This document shows positions 9,096-18,275 of a DNA stretch of 56,522 nucleotides, piece after piece; positions within the stretch are counted from its first letter, which is position 1, and each line of letters opens with the position of its first letter. The stretch lies in assembly GCA_050117845.1 (NCBI GenBank), contig JASFLY010000017.1:1-56522 (forward strand), in the 5' to 3' direction. The notes beneath the pieces were generated by a model. It did no database searches and had not been told where the DNA came from. It saw nothing but the letters and a program-made list of their open reading frames with translations. The stretch comes from Candidatus Zixiibacteriota bacterium. GTDB taxonomy: Bacteria; RBG-13-66-14; B26-G2; WVWN01. A program made the translations under genes and the position numbers.

Positions 9096-9586
9096 AAATC
9101 GCAACCATAGTAATGGGGGTAATCGTCGCGATCCTGATTGGCGTCGCGATATGGCGGGGCGAAGGTTCCTTGCAGAAGGGCCTTACCTTCGGCGGCAAGA
9201 CCTTCCTGAGTACGTTGCCGCTGCTCGTTTTCGCCTTCGCGATAGCCGGCCTGGTGCAGGTCCTGGTGCCGCGCGAGTTCATCGTAAAGTGGTTGGGTGA
9301 AGGGTCGGGGATTAAAGGCATTTTAATAGCGACGGTCGTGGGCGGCCTGACGCCCGGCGGCCCCTACGTCTCGTTCCCCATCGTGGCCTCGCTGTACAAG
9401 GCCGGCGCGTCGGTGGGGACGGTGGTGGCCTTCGTGACGTCGTGGTCGGTATGGGCCTTCAACCGCCTCCCTTTGGAGATAGGACTGGTCGGCCCCAAAC
9501 TCGCGATCGCCCGTTTCCTGACGACGCTCATCGTCCCGCCGCTCGCGGGCCTGTTCGCGCAGGCCGTGTTCGGCCGGTGGCTCTAA
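9092..9586 (+). CDS. small polytopic membrane protein, putative permease (DUF318/ArsP-like half-size)
   Basis: Four or more hydrophobic helices. The GGLTPGGPYVSFPIVASLYKAG motif resembles predicted-permease families. Overlaps the upstream stop (ATGA). Confidence 0.4.
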   Translation: MKIATIVMGVIVAILIGVAIWRGEGSLQKGLTFGGKTFLSTLPLLVFAFAIAGLVQVLVPREFIVKWLGEGSGIKGILIATVVGGLTPGGPYVSFPIVASLYKAGASVGTVVAFVTSWSVWAFNRLPLEIGLVGPKLAIARFLTTLIVPPLAGLFAQAVFGRWL

Positions 9587-9607
9587 TCGTTCCTTGCGGA
9601 GTGACGT

Positions 9608-11071
9608 ATGAATTTCGAATATCGTAACATCTTCGAAGTCCCCGGCGGCCCGGCGTTCCGGGTGGGCCGGACGGATACCCCCGACGTTAAACCCGAGGAG
9701 TTCTTCCCGAAAGAGTTCCTGCGGACGGACCTGGGGCCGATGGCCGACCACGCCGAGGGCGAGGTCGTCCGGCACTACACCCGGCTGGCGGCGATGAACT
9801 TCGGCGTCGATTCCGGCTTCTATCCCCTCGGGTCCTGCACCATGAAGTACAACCCCAAAATAAACGAGGAAGCGGCGCGCCTGCCCGGCTTCGCTAACCT
9901 GCACCCCTACGCCACGCCCCGGGACGCGGCGGGAGCGCTGCGCCTGATGTACGAACTCGAGCGCGACCTCTCCGAGATATGCGGCATGGCGGCCTTCACG
10001 CTCTGCCCGGCGGCCGGGGCCCACGGCGAACTCGTGGGGATGCTCATGGCCCGGGCGTACCACCGGGCGAACGGCGGCGACGGCCGCAACGTCATGCTTA
10101 TCCCCGACTCGGCCCACGGGACCAACCCCGCGTCGGCCCGGATGGTGGGCTTCGACGTCGTATCGGTGAAGTCGACCGACGAGGGTCTCATCGACCTCGA
10201 CGACCTCAAATCCAAATTGGACGACCGCGTCGCCGGCATGATGATAACGAACCCGAATACGCTGGGCCTCTTCGAGCGCGACATCCTGGAGATTGCGAAG
10301 CTCGTGCACGGGGCCGGCGGCCTGCTCTACTACGACGGCGCGAACCTGAACGCCATCGTGGGCCGCGCCCGCCCCGGCGACATGGGTTTCGACATCTGCC
10401 ACGTCAACCTGCATAAAACGTTCTCGACGCCGCACGGCGGCGGCGGCCCGGGCTCCGGGCCCGTCGGCGTCTCCGCCCGGCTGGTCGATTTCCTCCCGGT
10501 CCCGCGCGTCGTCAAGGAAGGCGACGGCTACGGTTGGGCCGAGGCCTGCCCGAAGTCCATAGGCCGGATCCGTTCCTTCGCCGGGAACTTCGGCGTGCTC
10601 GTCAAAGCCTACACGTATATACGGAACCTCGGCGCGGCGGGTCTCAGGAACGTGGCCGAGGCTGCGGTGCTGAACGCCAACTACCTCCGGGCCCGGGTGG
10701 CCGAGTTCCTGGAAGTGGCTGGCTCCGCCCCCTGCATGCACGAGTTCGTGGCGTCGTCGGAGAAGTTCGGCCGCGGTTCCGCCGGGGATATAGACAAGGC
10801 ACTGATAGACGCCGGCTACCACCCGCCGACGACTTACTTCCCGCTGGTGGTGCACGAGGCGCTCATGATCGAGCCGACCGAGACCGAATCCCGCGAGACG
10901 CTGGACGCCTTCGCGGATACGCTCGCGGCTATCGTGGCCGAGATGGAGAAGGACCCGCACGCCTACGCCGACGCGCCGCTGTTGGCGCCGGTGCGGCGTC
11001 TCGACGAGGCCGGGGCCGCCCGCAACCCCGTCCTCACGCAGATGATGGCCGAGGCGGCGGGCGAAGAGTAA
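9608..11071 (+). CDS. gcvPB: glycine dehydrogenase (decarboxylating) subunit 2
   Basis: HYTRLAAMNFGVDSGFYPLGSCTMKYNP ... SAHGTNPASA are the PLP-binding-half motifs of the P protein. Confidence 0.9.
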   Translation: MNFEYRNIFEVPGGPAFRVGRTDTPDVKPEEFFPKEFLRTDLGPMADHAEGEVVRHYTRLAAMNFGVDSGFYPLGSCTMKYNPKINEEAARLPGFANLHPYATPRDAAGALRLMYELERDLSEICGMAAFTLCPAAGAHGELVGMLMARAYHRANGGDGRNVMLIPDSAHGTNPASARMVGFDVVSVKSTDEGLIDLDDLKSKLDDRVAGMMITNPNTLGLFERDILEIAKLVHGAGGLLYYDGANLNAIVGRARPGDMGFDICHVNLHKTFSTPHGGGGPGSGPVGVSARLVDFLPVPRVVKEGDGYGWAEACPKSIGRIRSFAGNFGVLVKAYTYIRNLGAAGLRNVAEAAVLNANYLRARVAEFLEVAGSAPCMHEFVASSEKFGRGSAGDIDKALIDAGYHPPTTYFPLVVHEALMIEPTETESRETLDAFADTLAAIVAEMEKDPHAYADAPLLAPVRRLDEAGAARNPVLTQMMAEAAGEE

Positions 11072-11075
11072 GGCC

Positions 11076-11741
11076 GTGGCGGACTGGAGCGGGTACCGCT
11101 TGATAGTCGACGGCCCGGGCGAGGCGCGGGAGAACATGGCCCGGGACGAGGCCCTGCTGGCGGCCTACCGGGCCGGGGAGATTCCGCCCACGTGGCGGCT
11201 CTACACCTGGCGGGAGCCGGCGGTCACGTACGGCCGGTCCCAGGAAGCGCCGGCGTGGCCCGCCGAGGTAACCGTGTTGCCCCGGGTGAGCGGCGGCGGT
11301 TACGTCCCCCACGGCGCGGACTTCACGTACTGCGTCGTGCGGGAGCGGCGGACCGGTTTCAGCAATTACGAGGACATCGTGGCCGCGGTGGCCGCGGCGC
11401 TGGCGGAGTTAGGCGTTCCGGCGGACGTGTGGCGGAGCGGCCCGGCGGGCGCGGCGGGTCGTTGTTTCGCGTCGCTCGCGCCCTTCGACGTCCACGTCAA
11501 GGGCAGGAAGATAGCGGGTTGCGCCCAGCGCCGTTTCCGCGACGCGATACTGCATCACGGCTCGATTGCGGCGGCGGTTCCGGCCCCGGCCTTGCGCGAC
11601 CTCGGCCTCTGGGACGAGCGGCGAACGGTAACTCTGGAATCCATCGCCGGCCGAAGCGTCGAATTGGCGGAGTTCGCCGAGGCGCTGGCGGCGATTACGG
11701 GTATGCAAATAACTCCGGTTTCAAGCGCAGAGGATAAGTAA
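11076..11741 (+). CDS. lipoate-protein ligase / octanoyltransferase family protein (LplA/LipM-like catalytic domain)
   Basis: YRLIVDGPGEARENMARDEALL resembles the LplA N-terminus. Has the BPL/LplA/LipB-type domain. Sits in the GcvH context. Confidence 0.65.
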   Translation: MADWSGYRLIVDGPGEARENMARDEALLAAYRAGEIPPTWRLYTWREPAVTYGRSQEAPAWPAEVTVLPRVSGGGYVPHGADFTYCVVRERRTGFSNYEDIVAAVAAALAELGVPADVWRSGPAGAAGRCFASLAPFDVHVKGRKIAGCAQRRFRDAILHHGSIAAAVPAPALRDLGLWDERRTVTLESIAGRSVELAEFAEALAAITGMQITPVSSAEDK

Positions 11742-11743
11742 TT

Positions 11744-12655
11744 ATGAAAATAAAAAAAGTGATACTCTCGGGATGCGCGCTAATAATCGTAGCGGCCCTC
11801 GTCGGATGCGGCAAGGGACAGGCCCCCGAGCCCGAGGTAGTGGCCCGCGTGGGCGACGCCGTCCTTACGCTGGACGAACTCAACCGGCTGGACGAGGACC
11901 AGCATCGCGTAAAGATGCCGACCTACCTCACCAAAGAGGAGCTGATGGAGGAGTGGATTCGCAGCGAGGTCCTCTACCAGAACGCGGTGGAGGAGGGCGT
12001 TCCGGAGGAGAAGGAATGCGCCTGGCGGATCCGCAACAGCGCCAAGGGGATCGTCATCCAGCGGTACTGGGAACTCAACGTCTACGAAAAAAAGGCCGAA
12101 GTCAGCGACGAGGAAGCCCTGGCCTGGTACGAGGATAATAAAGAAAAAAGCTACCGGGCCAAGGAAACCGGCGTCTGGCTGAGGCGGATACTCCTTAATT
12201 CCGAAGGGGCGGCCGCCGACGTTTTGGCGCGTATCGGTAAGGGCGAGGACTTCGCCGCCGTGGCCTTGGACGTTTCGGTTACGCCCGAAAAGCTGAAAGG
12301 CGGAGACCTGGGATATCGGCGCCTGGGCGACGTCAGCCCGACTTACCGGGACGCCGTCGGGAAGATGAAGGAGGGCGAGGTCGCCGGGCCGTTCCGCCTC
12401 GGTCAATTCTACGCCGTATTGAAATTGGAAGACCGGGTGGATGCGGGCGATTACCTGAAGCCCGAGGGCATCGGGATGGAAAGCCTGCGCGATAAGGCGA
12501 AGGTCGAGATGTGGCGCGAGAAGGCGGCCCGCATCGCCGCGGACCTCGGCGCCGCGGCGGACGTCGAACGTCACCCGGAGCGGATCCCCGAGCCGGCCGT
12601 GGATATGGCGTTGGGGGAGGATCTTAAACCGGGGACCGCCGAAAAGGGCGAATAG
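11744..12655 (+). CDS. lipoprotein with parvulin-type peptidyl-prolyl isomerase domain (PrsA/SurA-like)
   Basis: Lipobox LVGC. The LKGGDLGYRRLGDVSPTYRDAV ... GEVAGPF segment resembles the PpiC/rotamase domain. Confidence 0.6.
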   Translation: MKIKKVILSGCALIIVAALVGCGKGQAPEPEVVARVGDAVLTLDELNRLDEDQHRVKMPTYLTKEELMEEWIRSEVLYQNAVEEGVPEEKECAWRIRNSAKGIVIQRYWELNVYEKKAEVSDEEALAWYEDNKEKSYRAKETGVWLRRILLNSEGAAADVLARIGKGEDFAAVALDVSVTPEKLKGGDLGYRRLGDVSPTYRDAVGKMKEGEVAGPFRLGQFYAVLKLEDRVDAGDYLKPEGIGMESLRDKAKVEMWREKAARIAADLGAAADVERHPERIPEPAVDMALGEDLKPGTAEKGE

Positions 12656-14128
12656 ATGGACCGAGACCTCGGATCGATTCAGGAAGCGCGCGATTGTATC
12701 CGGGCCGGCCGCAAGGCCGCGGAGGCGTTCGCGCACTTCGGCCAGGAGGCCGTCGACCGTATAGTCGCGGCCATGGCGCGTGCGGCCGAAGAGGCCGCCG
12801 TCCCCCTGGCGGAATCGGCGGCCGAGGAAACGGCCTTCGGCGTCGCCCGGGATAAAATACAGAAAAACCTCTTCGCGGCGCGCAACGTATACGAGTACAT
12901 AAAGGATATAAAGACCTGCGACGTAATCGCGGACGACCCGGCGACCGGCGTCACCGAGATAGCGAGCCCCGTGGGCCTCATCGCCGGCATAACGCCTACG
13001 ACCAACCCCACGTCGACGACCATATATAAAGCGCTGATTTCGGTAAAAGCGCGGAACGCGGTAGTTTTCTCGCCGCACCCGGCGGCGCTGCGCTGCTCGG
13101 GAGAGGCGGCCGCGATATTGGCCCGGGCCGCGACGGCCGCGGGAGCGCCCGAGGGCGTAATAACGTGGTTGACGCAGCCCACGGCCGAGGCCGCCGAGGA
13201 GTTAATGCGGCACCGCGACGTGGACCTTATCCTCGCGACCGGCGGGATGGCGATGGTGCGGGCGGCGTACTCCTCCGGGAAGCCGGCGTACGGCGTCGGT
13301 CCGGGGAACGTCCCTGCCTATATCGACCGCTCGGCCGACGTGCCGCGGGCCGTCGCCGACATCATATCGTCCAAAACGTTCGACAACGGCGTCATCTGCG
13401 CGTCGGAGCAGGCGGTGGTTTGCGACGCGCCGGCGCGGGACGAGGCGACCCGGGAATTCGAGCGGGGCGGCGCGGCCTTCCTCTCGGCCGAACAGAAACG
13501 CGCGGTCGCGAAAGTCCTCGACGGCGGCGGCCGCCTCAACCCGGCGGTCGTGGGGCAGCCGGCGAGCCGCATCGCCGAGATGGCCGGCTTCGCCGTCCCG
13601 GCGGGCACGAAGCTTTTAATCGGATACGAGGACCGGGTGGGCCCGGACTTCCCGTTCTCCTGGGAGAAGATATCGCCCGTGCTGGCCTGGTACGATACTA
13701 CCGACTGGAAGGCCGGGTGCGAGCGCTGCATGGAAATCCTGGCGTACGGTGGCATGGGGCATACGCTCTCGCTGCACGCGCGCGACGAGGAGGTCATCCG
13801 CGAGTTCGGCCTCCGCAAGCCCGTCTACCGCGTCGTCGTCAACACGCCCTCCTCCCAGGGCGCCATCGGCCTTACGACGGGCCTCGCGCCGGCGCTGACG
13901 CTCGGCTGCGGGACGTTGGGCGGCAATATCACGTCGGACAACATTACGCCCCGGCACCTCATGCACGTCAAGCGCGTGGCCCGGGGACGGGCGCCGGTTA
14001 CTCCCGAGAGTACGGCTTGCCCGGCGGTCGAAGGCGGCGACTCGCCCTGCGGCGGCACGGCCGACCCGGTCCTGGTGGAAAAGATAGTACGGGAGGTCCT
14101 CCGGGAATTGGGAAAAGGGGCGAGTTAG
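12656..14128 (+). CDS. CoA-acylating aldehyde dehydrogenase (EutE/PduP/AdhE-N family), BMC core enzyme with C-terminal encapsulation-peptide-like helix
   Basis: SKTFDNGVICASEQAVV catalytic-Cys motif of acetylating ALDHs. C-terminal DPVLVEKIVREVLRELGK amphipathic helix follows a low-complexity linker. Confidence 0.85.
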   Translation: MDRDLGSIQEARDCIRAGRKAAEAFAHFGQEAVDRIVAAMARAAEEAAVPLAESAAEETAFGVARDKIQKNLFAARNVYEYIKDIKTCDVIADDPATGVTEIASPVGLIAGITPTTNPTSTTIYKALISVKARNAVVFSPHPAALRCSGEAAAILARAATAAGAPEGVITWLTQPTAEAAEELMRHRDVDLILATGGMAMVRAAYSSGKPAYGVGPGNVPAYIDRSADVPRAVADIISSKTFDNGVICASEQAVVCDAPARDEATREFERGGAAFLSAEQKRAVAKVLDGGGRLNPAVVGQPASRIAEMAGFAVPAGTKLLIGYEDRVGPDFPFSWEKISPVLAWYDTTDWKAGCERCMEILAYGGMGHTLSLHARDEEVIREFGLRKPVYRVVVNTPSSQGAIGLTTGLAPALTLGCGTLGGNITSDNITPRHLMHVKRVARGRAPVTPESTACPAVEGGDSPCGGTADPVLVEKIVREVLRELGKGAS

Positions 14129-14620
14129 ATGGTCCTCTTCGTACGCCGCATCGTCGACGCGTTCCGAAGACGGCCCCTGGATTTGCACGTTTTCTGCCTG
14201 GTCCTCTTCATGATCGGCGCCGTTTTCGTCTTCGGGTACCAGGTGCGCGTCTTTTGGGAGGTCGTGATTACGGACCGGACGCCCCTGGAGGGGACGCCCG
14301 TCTTCCAGGCGCTCACCGGCATGACGCTGTTGACCGACCTGGTGTGGTCGCCGTTTCTCGTGGCTTCGTCGATAGGTATCTGGCTGTACCGGAACTGGGG
14401 CCGCAAGCTCGGTTTCATCATCGGCGGCGTCATGGCCTATATGGGGACGCAGGGGCTGCTATTCTTCCCGCTGACGCGCCGCTTCGGCGTCGACGCGGTG
14501 GAGGACTTCACTCGCTATTACGAATTCACGGCCTATATGGCCTACTACGCAATTTACGCGGCCGTCGGGTTCACGATGATATTTTACCTCTGGTTCCGAA
14601 AAATAGACTTGAGCCGGTAG
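14129..14620 (+). CDS. hypothetical 4-TM integral membrane protein embedded in the BMC locus
   Basis: Four hydrophobic helices and aromatic-rich. No family recognised. Confidence 0.5.
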   Translation: MVLFVRRIVDAFRRRPLDLHVFCLVLFMIGAVFVFGYQVRVFWEVVITDRTPLEGTPVFQALTGMTLLTDLVWSPFLVASSIGIWLYRNWGRKLGFIIGGVMAYMGTQGLLFFPLTRRFGVDAVEDFTRYYEFTAYMAYYAIYAAVGFTMIFYLWFRKIDLSR

Positions 14621-14676
14621 CATTTATTTGATAAATAGCGTTAAACGTATTCATACCATACGCGAAAGGAGCGAGG

Positions 14677-14976
14677 ATGCCCTCTAAAACGGAGATGGCC
14701 CTCGGAATGGTGGAAACGCGGGGCCTCGTGGCCGCAATCGAAGCGGCGGACGCGATGGTCAAGGCGGCGAACGTTCGACTCTTGGACAAGGTGCGGGTCG
14801 GCGGCGGCCTCGTAACCGTACTGGTGCGCGGCGAGACCGGCGCGGTCAAGGCCGCGACGGAGGCCGGCGCGGCGGCGGCGGCCAAGGTCGGCGAACTCGT
14901 ATCGGTCCACGTTATCCCGCGGCCCGACGACCACGTGGAATTTATACTCCCGGAAGAAGTCGGGAAAAAAGGCTAA
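14677..14976 (+). CDS. BMC shell protein, single-domain hexamer type (BMC-H, PduA/EutM-like)
   Basis: [29 protein letters not shown] is the canonical PF00936 BMC-domain signature. AGGAG RBS. Confidence 0.9.
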   Translation: MPSKTEMALGMVETRGLVAAIEAADAMVKAANVRLLDKVRVGGGLVTVLVRGETGAVKAATEAGAAAAAKVGELVSVHVIPRPDDHVEFILPEEVGKKG

Positions 14977-14995
14977 GCGGGGAAAACGTTAAGAC

Positions 14996-15823
14996 ATGGC
15001 CGCGGACGACCATGAAGCCGTTGTACGGGCTGTAACCGCGGCGGTGATGGCGAAGCTGGGGGCCGGCGGGCCTCGGACTTTCGAGGCGCCGGTGGGCGTT
15101 TCCGGCCCCCACATTCACCTGACGCCCGGGGACGTGGCGACGCTGTTCGGCGCCGGCGCGCGTTTGTCGGTAATGAGGCCGCTGGTGCAATGCGGCCAGT
15201 TCGCGGCGAACGAAGCGGTGACTATCGTCGGGCCGGCTTCGTCGCTTTCCGGCGTTCGCGTGGTCGGCCCGACGCGCGAGAGCACGGTGGCGGAACTTCT
15301 GGCGGGGGACCTGGTGCGGCTCGGCCTGGACCCGGACGTACGGGCGGGCGAGCCGTTCGCCGTTACCGTCGCGGGACCCGCGGGCGTCGTCCACCTTCCG
15401 GCGGGGGGCGTCGTGGCCCGGCGGCACCTCCACGTCCCGGCGGCCAGGGCCGGAGAATTGGGCGTGACGGACGGGATGGACGTCTCCGCGCGGATGGGTG
15501 CGCCGGGGCGGCGGGTTACGTTCCACGACGTCCTGGTGCGCGTGAGCCCGGAGGCCGGCCTGGAACTCCACGTCGACCGGGAGGAGGCCAACGCTTGCGG
15601 CGTCCGGACGGGAGCCGCGGCCGAGATCGTGATGGGCGCGGCCGTTCCCGCGGCGAGCGGGGTGCCGGCGAAAACGGCCGGAAGGCCCCTCGTAACCGAG
15701 GAAGACGTCGTGCGGGCCCACGCGGAAGGCCGGGAGCCCCGGCTGGCGGGCGCCATTCTTACGCCTTACGCCCGGGACGCCGTCCGTAAATTATTCCCGG
15801 AGTTGCTTAACTTTTTAGAATGA
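14996..15823 (+). CDS. phosphate acyltransferase PduL/EutD-type (phosphotransacylase of metabolosomes)
   Basis: Two PduL repeats: VGVSGPHIHLTPGDVATLFG and VVARRHLHVPAARAGELGV. N-terminal EAVVRAVTAAVMAKLG is amphipathic and encapsulation-peptide-like. Confidence 0.8.
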   Translation: MAADDHEAVVRAVTAAVMAKLGAGGPRTFEAPVGVSGPHIHLTPGDVATLFGAGARLSVMRPLVQCGQFAANEAVTIVGPASSLSGVRVVGPTRESTVAELLAGDLVRLGLDPDVRAGEPFAVTVAGPAGVVHLPAGGVVARRHLHVPAARAGELGVTDGMDVSARMGAPGRRVTFHDVLVRVSPEAGLELHVDREEANACGVRTGAAAEIVMGAAVPAASGVPAKTAGRPLVTEEDVVRAHAEGREPRLAGAILTPYARDAVRKLFPELLNFLE

Positions 15824-15946
15824 GTTATAATCCTATAAGGAAAGAAACATAATGAACGGGACCGGGGCCGGTTCCGCTAACGCGCGACGCGGCCTCCGGC
15901 GCATACGGCCGACGCGTAGGCCGGTTTATTATTGGGGTTCGATACG

Positions 15947-16219
15947 ATGATGCGGATCGCGGAAGTGGTGGGCAACGTGTGGGCGACGCGCAAGGTTGAA
16001 AGCGTGCGCTCTCTCAAGATGCTGCTCGTTCGACCCTTGAACGCCGACCTAAAACCGACCGACGAAATGTGGGTCGCGGCGGACGTGGTGGACGCCGGCG
16101 CCGGCGACCGGGTCATCGTCGCCGTAGGCCGGGCGGCCCGGCTGGCGGTGGGCGACGACGACGCGGCCGTATCCGCGGCCGTTGTAGGCGTCGTGGACTC
16201 GCACGAGGTGAAGGCGTAA
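15947..16219 (+). CDS. BMC vertex protein (BMC-P, EutN/CcmL/PduN family)
   Basis: MMRIAEVVGNVWATRK N-terminus and ~90-aa size are typical of PF03319 pentamer proteins. Confidence 0.8.
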   Translation: MMRIAEVVGNVWATRKVESVRSLKMLLVRPLNADLKPTDEMWVAADVVDAGAGDRVIVAVGRAARLAVGDDDAAVSAAVVGVVDSHEVKA

Positions 16220-16226
16220 CGGCCCG

Positions 16227-17537
16227 ATGACCTTCGTCGAGACCATTAGAAACGCCGGAATCCTGGGGGCCGGGGGAGCCGGCTTCCCGGCTCACGTGAA
16301 GTACGGCCGGGAGGCCGAGATACTTATTATTAACGGTGCGGAGTGCGAACCCCTCTCCCGCAAGGACGCGGCCATCCTGGCCCACCGGGCCGCCGACGTA
16401 GTAACCGCGGCCGGTACGTTGCGGGAGGAACTCCGGGCCCGGGAAGTAATCCTGGCGGTCAAGGGGCCCGCGGCGACCGAAATAAGCGGCCTTTACGGCG
16501 GCGTCAGGATACACCCTTTGCCGGAGGTGTATCCCGCCGGCGACGAGGCCGTCCTGGTATACGAGGTGGCGGGCCGTCGCGTTCCGGCCGACGGCGTTCC
16601 GCCCGACGTGGGCGTCGTTGTCTCGAACGTCGAGACGGTGCTCAACGTCGCCCGGGCGGGCCGGGGAGCGCCGGTGCTCACGACCTGGGTGACGGTGGCG
16701 GGGGCGGTGCGCGAGCCCTTCACCGCGGAGGTTCCGGTCGGGACGGGCGCGCGTTTTCTCATAGACGAGGCGGGCGGCCCCGCGGTCGCCGATTACGTCG
16801 TCTTTGAGGGGGGACCGATGATGGGCGAGGAGGTGGACCCGGCCTCGTTCGGCGTCGGGCCCACGACCGGTTTGATCCTCGTCCTGCCGGCGGGCCATCC
16901 GGTGGTGGCGCGAAACCGCCTGCCGCTCGAGCACGTACGGACCATCGCCGGTAGCGCCTGCACGCAGTGCCGCGACTGCACCGAGATGTGCCCGCGGTAC
17001 CTCCTGGGCTACGACGTTACGCCCCACCTTTCGATGCGGCGCTTCTTCAGTTGGGGCGACGACGCCGCGGCCGCGGGGGAGTTTTTCGCGAACGCCGCCG
17101 GCTGTACCGGCTGCGGCCTTTGCGAATTGTACGCCTGCCCGATGGCCATATCGCCTCGTCGCGTCCAGCTTCACTTGCGGGAAATCGTAACGGCGGCGAG
17201 GGCCGAAGGGGCCGGCGAGGTGCACGCCGACCGTTCGGGGCGGCAGGTCCCGGCGGGGCGGCTCAAGAAGCGCATAGAAGTGGACGAGTACGACCGGCCG
17301 GCGCCGCTGCGGGAACTCGCCGAGGCGCCCCGGACGGTGACGATAAAGCTGGTTCAACCGTACGCCGGCGCGCTCGACGTACTCGTGCGGGAGGGGGACC
17401 GCGTGGAAGCGGGGCAGGTTCTGGCGAAGCCGAAAGAGGGCGACGACCGGGCCGTACCGGCGTACGCGAGCATCGGCGGCCGGGTGGCCGCGGCCGGCCC
17501 GGGCGAAGTGACGATAGACCGAACGCAGGTGGCCTAA
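16227..17537 (+). CDS. RnfC/PduS-like Fe-S flavoprotein (SLBB + NADH-binding motif + two 4Fe-4S clusters)
   Basis: GILGAGGAGFPAHVKY is the RnfC/NuoF/PduS motif. Cys clusters CTQCRDCTEMCP and CTGCGLCELYACP. Confidence 0.75.
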   Translation: MTFVETIRNAGILGAGGAGFPAHVKYGREAEILIINGAECEPLSRKDAAILAHRAADVVTAAGTLREELRAREVILAVKGPAATEISGLYGGVRIHPLPEVYPAGDEAVLVYEVAGRRVPADGVPPDVGVVVSNVETVLNVARAGRGAPVLTTWVTVAGAVREPFTAEVPVGTGARFLIDEAGGPAVADYVVFEGGPMMGEEVDPASFGVGPTTGLILVLPAGHPVVARNRLPLEHVRTIAGSACTQCRDCTEMCPRYLLGYDVTPHLSMRRFFSWGDDAAAAGEFFANAAGCTGCGLCELYACPMAISPRRVQLHLREIVTAARAEGAGEVHADRSGRQVPAGRLKKRIEVDEYDRPAPLRELAEAPRTVTIKLVQPYAGALDVLVREGDRVEAGQVLAKPKEGDDRAVPAYASIGGRVAAAGPGEVTIDRTQVA

Positions 17538-17564
17538 CGCGTTGCGGTTAAGGAGATGTTGGCG

Positions 17565-18275
17565 ATGATAAGGAAAACGGCGATAATGCTGCTGGCGCTC
17601 GCGACGTTCGCGGCGGTAGGGTGGGCCGACTACGAGAAGCCGGACCTCGAGAAAGCGGACATCGACAAGGACGACCTCGCCCGTTTCAAGGAGGCGTACA
17701 CCCGCTACCTCGAGGGCGTCGAGTTCGAAAAGGAAGGGTCCTGGGTGTCGGCGAGCAAGTCGTACCGCGCGGCGGTGGATATTTACAATAACTATCCGGA
17801 CGCGCAGTACGGCCTGGGCCGGATGGCCCTGCGGCTGGGCCGCCTCGACGAGGCGGAGGATGCTTTGCGGGAAGCCCTTACCCTCAAGCCCGAACTGCAC
17901 CAGGCCCACACCGAACTCGGCAGCGTGCATTACCGGCGCGGCGATTACAATAAAGCTGCGTTCGAATATAAGGAAGCGCTCAAGCACGACTCGAGCGACG
18001 TCGTGGCCCGCTACAACCTGGGTAACGCATACCGGAACCTGGACAAGCCCAAGAACGCGATCGACCAGTACGAAAAGACGCTCGCGCTCGACGCTTCTTA
18101 CGTGGACTGTTACTACAACATGGCGCTGGCCTACGAGGACCTGGAAGACGCGGACAAGGCCATCACGGCGTACGACAGGTTCATAGAGGCGGCGCGGGAC
18201 GACCCCGATCAGGCCGAGTGGGTAAATCGGGCGAAAGAGTATAAACAGAAATTATTGGACGAGAAGGGTAAATAG
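17565..18275 (+). CDS. TPR-repeat protein, probably lipo/secreted, inside the BMC locus
   Basis: Signal-like IMLLALATFAAVGW. Multiple 34-aa TPR units (AQYGLGRMALRLGRLDEAE, AHTELGSVHYRRGDY, ARYNLGNAYRNLDK, CYYNMALAYEDL). The first ATG (17556) lacks RBS spacing, so the second was chosen. Confidence 0.65.
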   Translation: MIRKTAIMLLALATFAAVGWADYEKPDLEKADIDKDDLARFKEAYTRYLEGVEFEKEGSWVSASKSYRAAVDIYNNYPDAQYGLGRMALRLGRLDEAEDALREALTLKPELHQAHTELGSVHYRRGDYNKAAFEYKEALKHDSSDVVARYNLGNAYRNLDKPKNAIDQYEKTLALDASYVDCYYNMALAYEDLEDADKAITAYDRFIEAARDDPDQAEWVNRAKEYKQKLLDEKGK

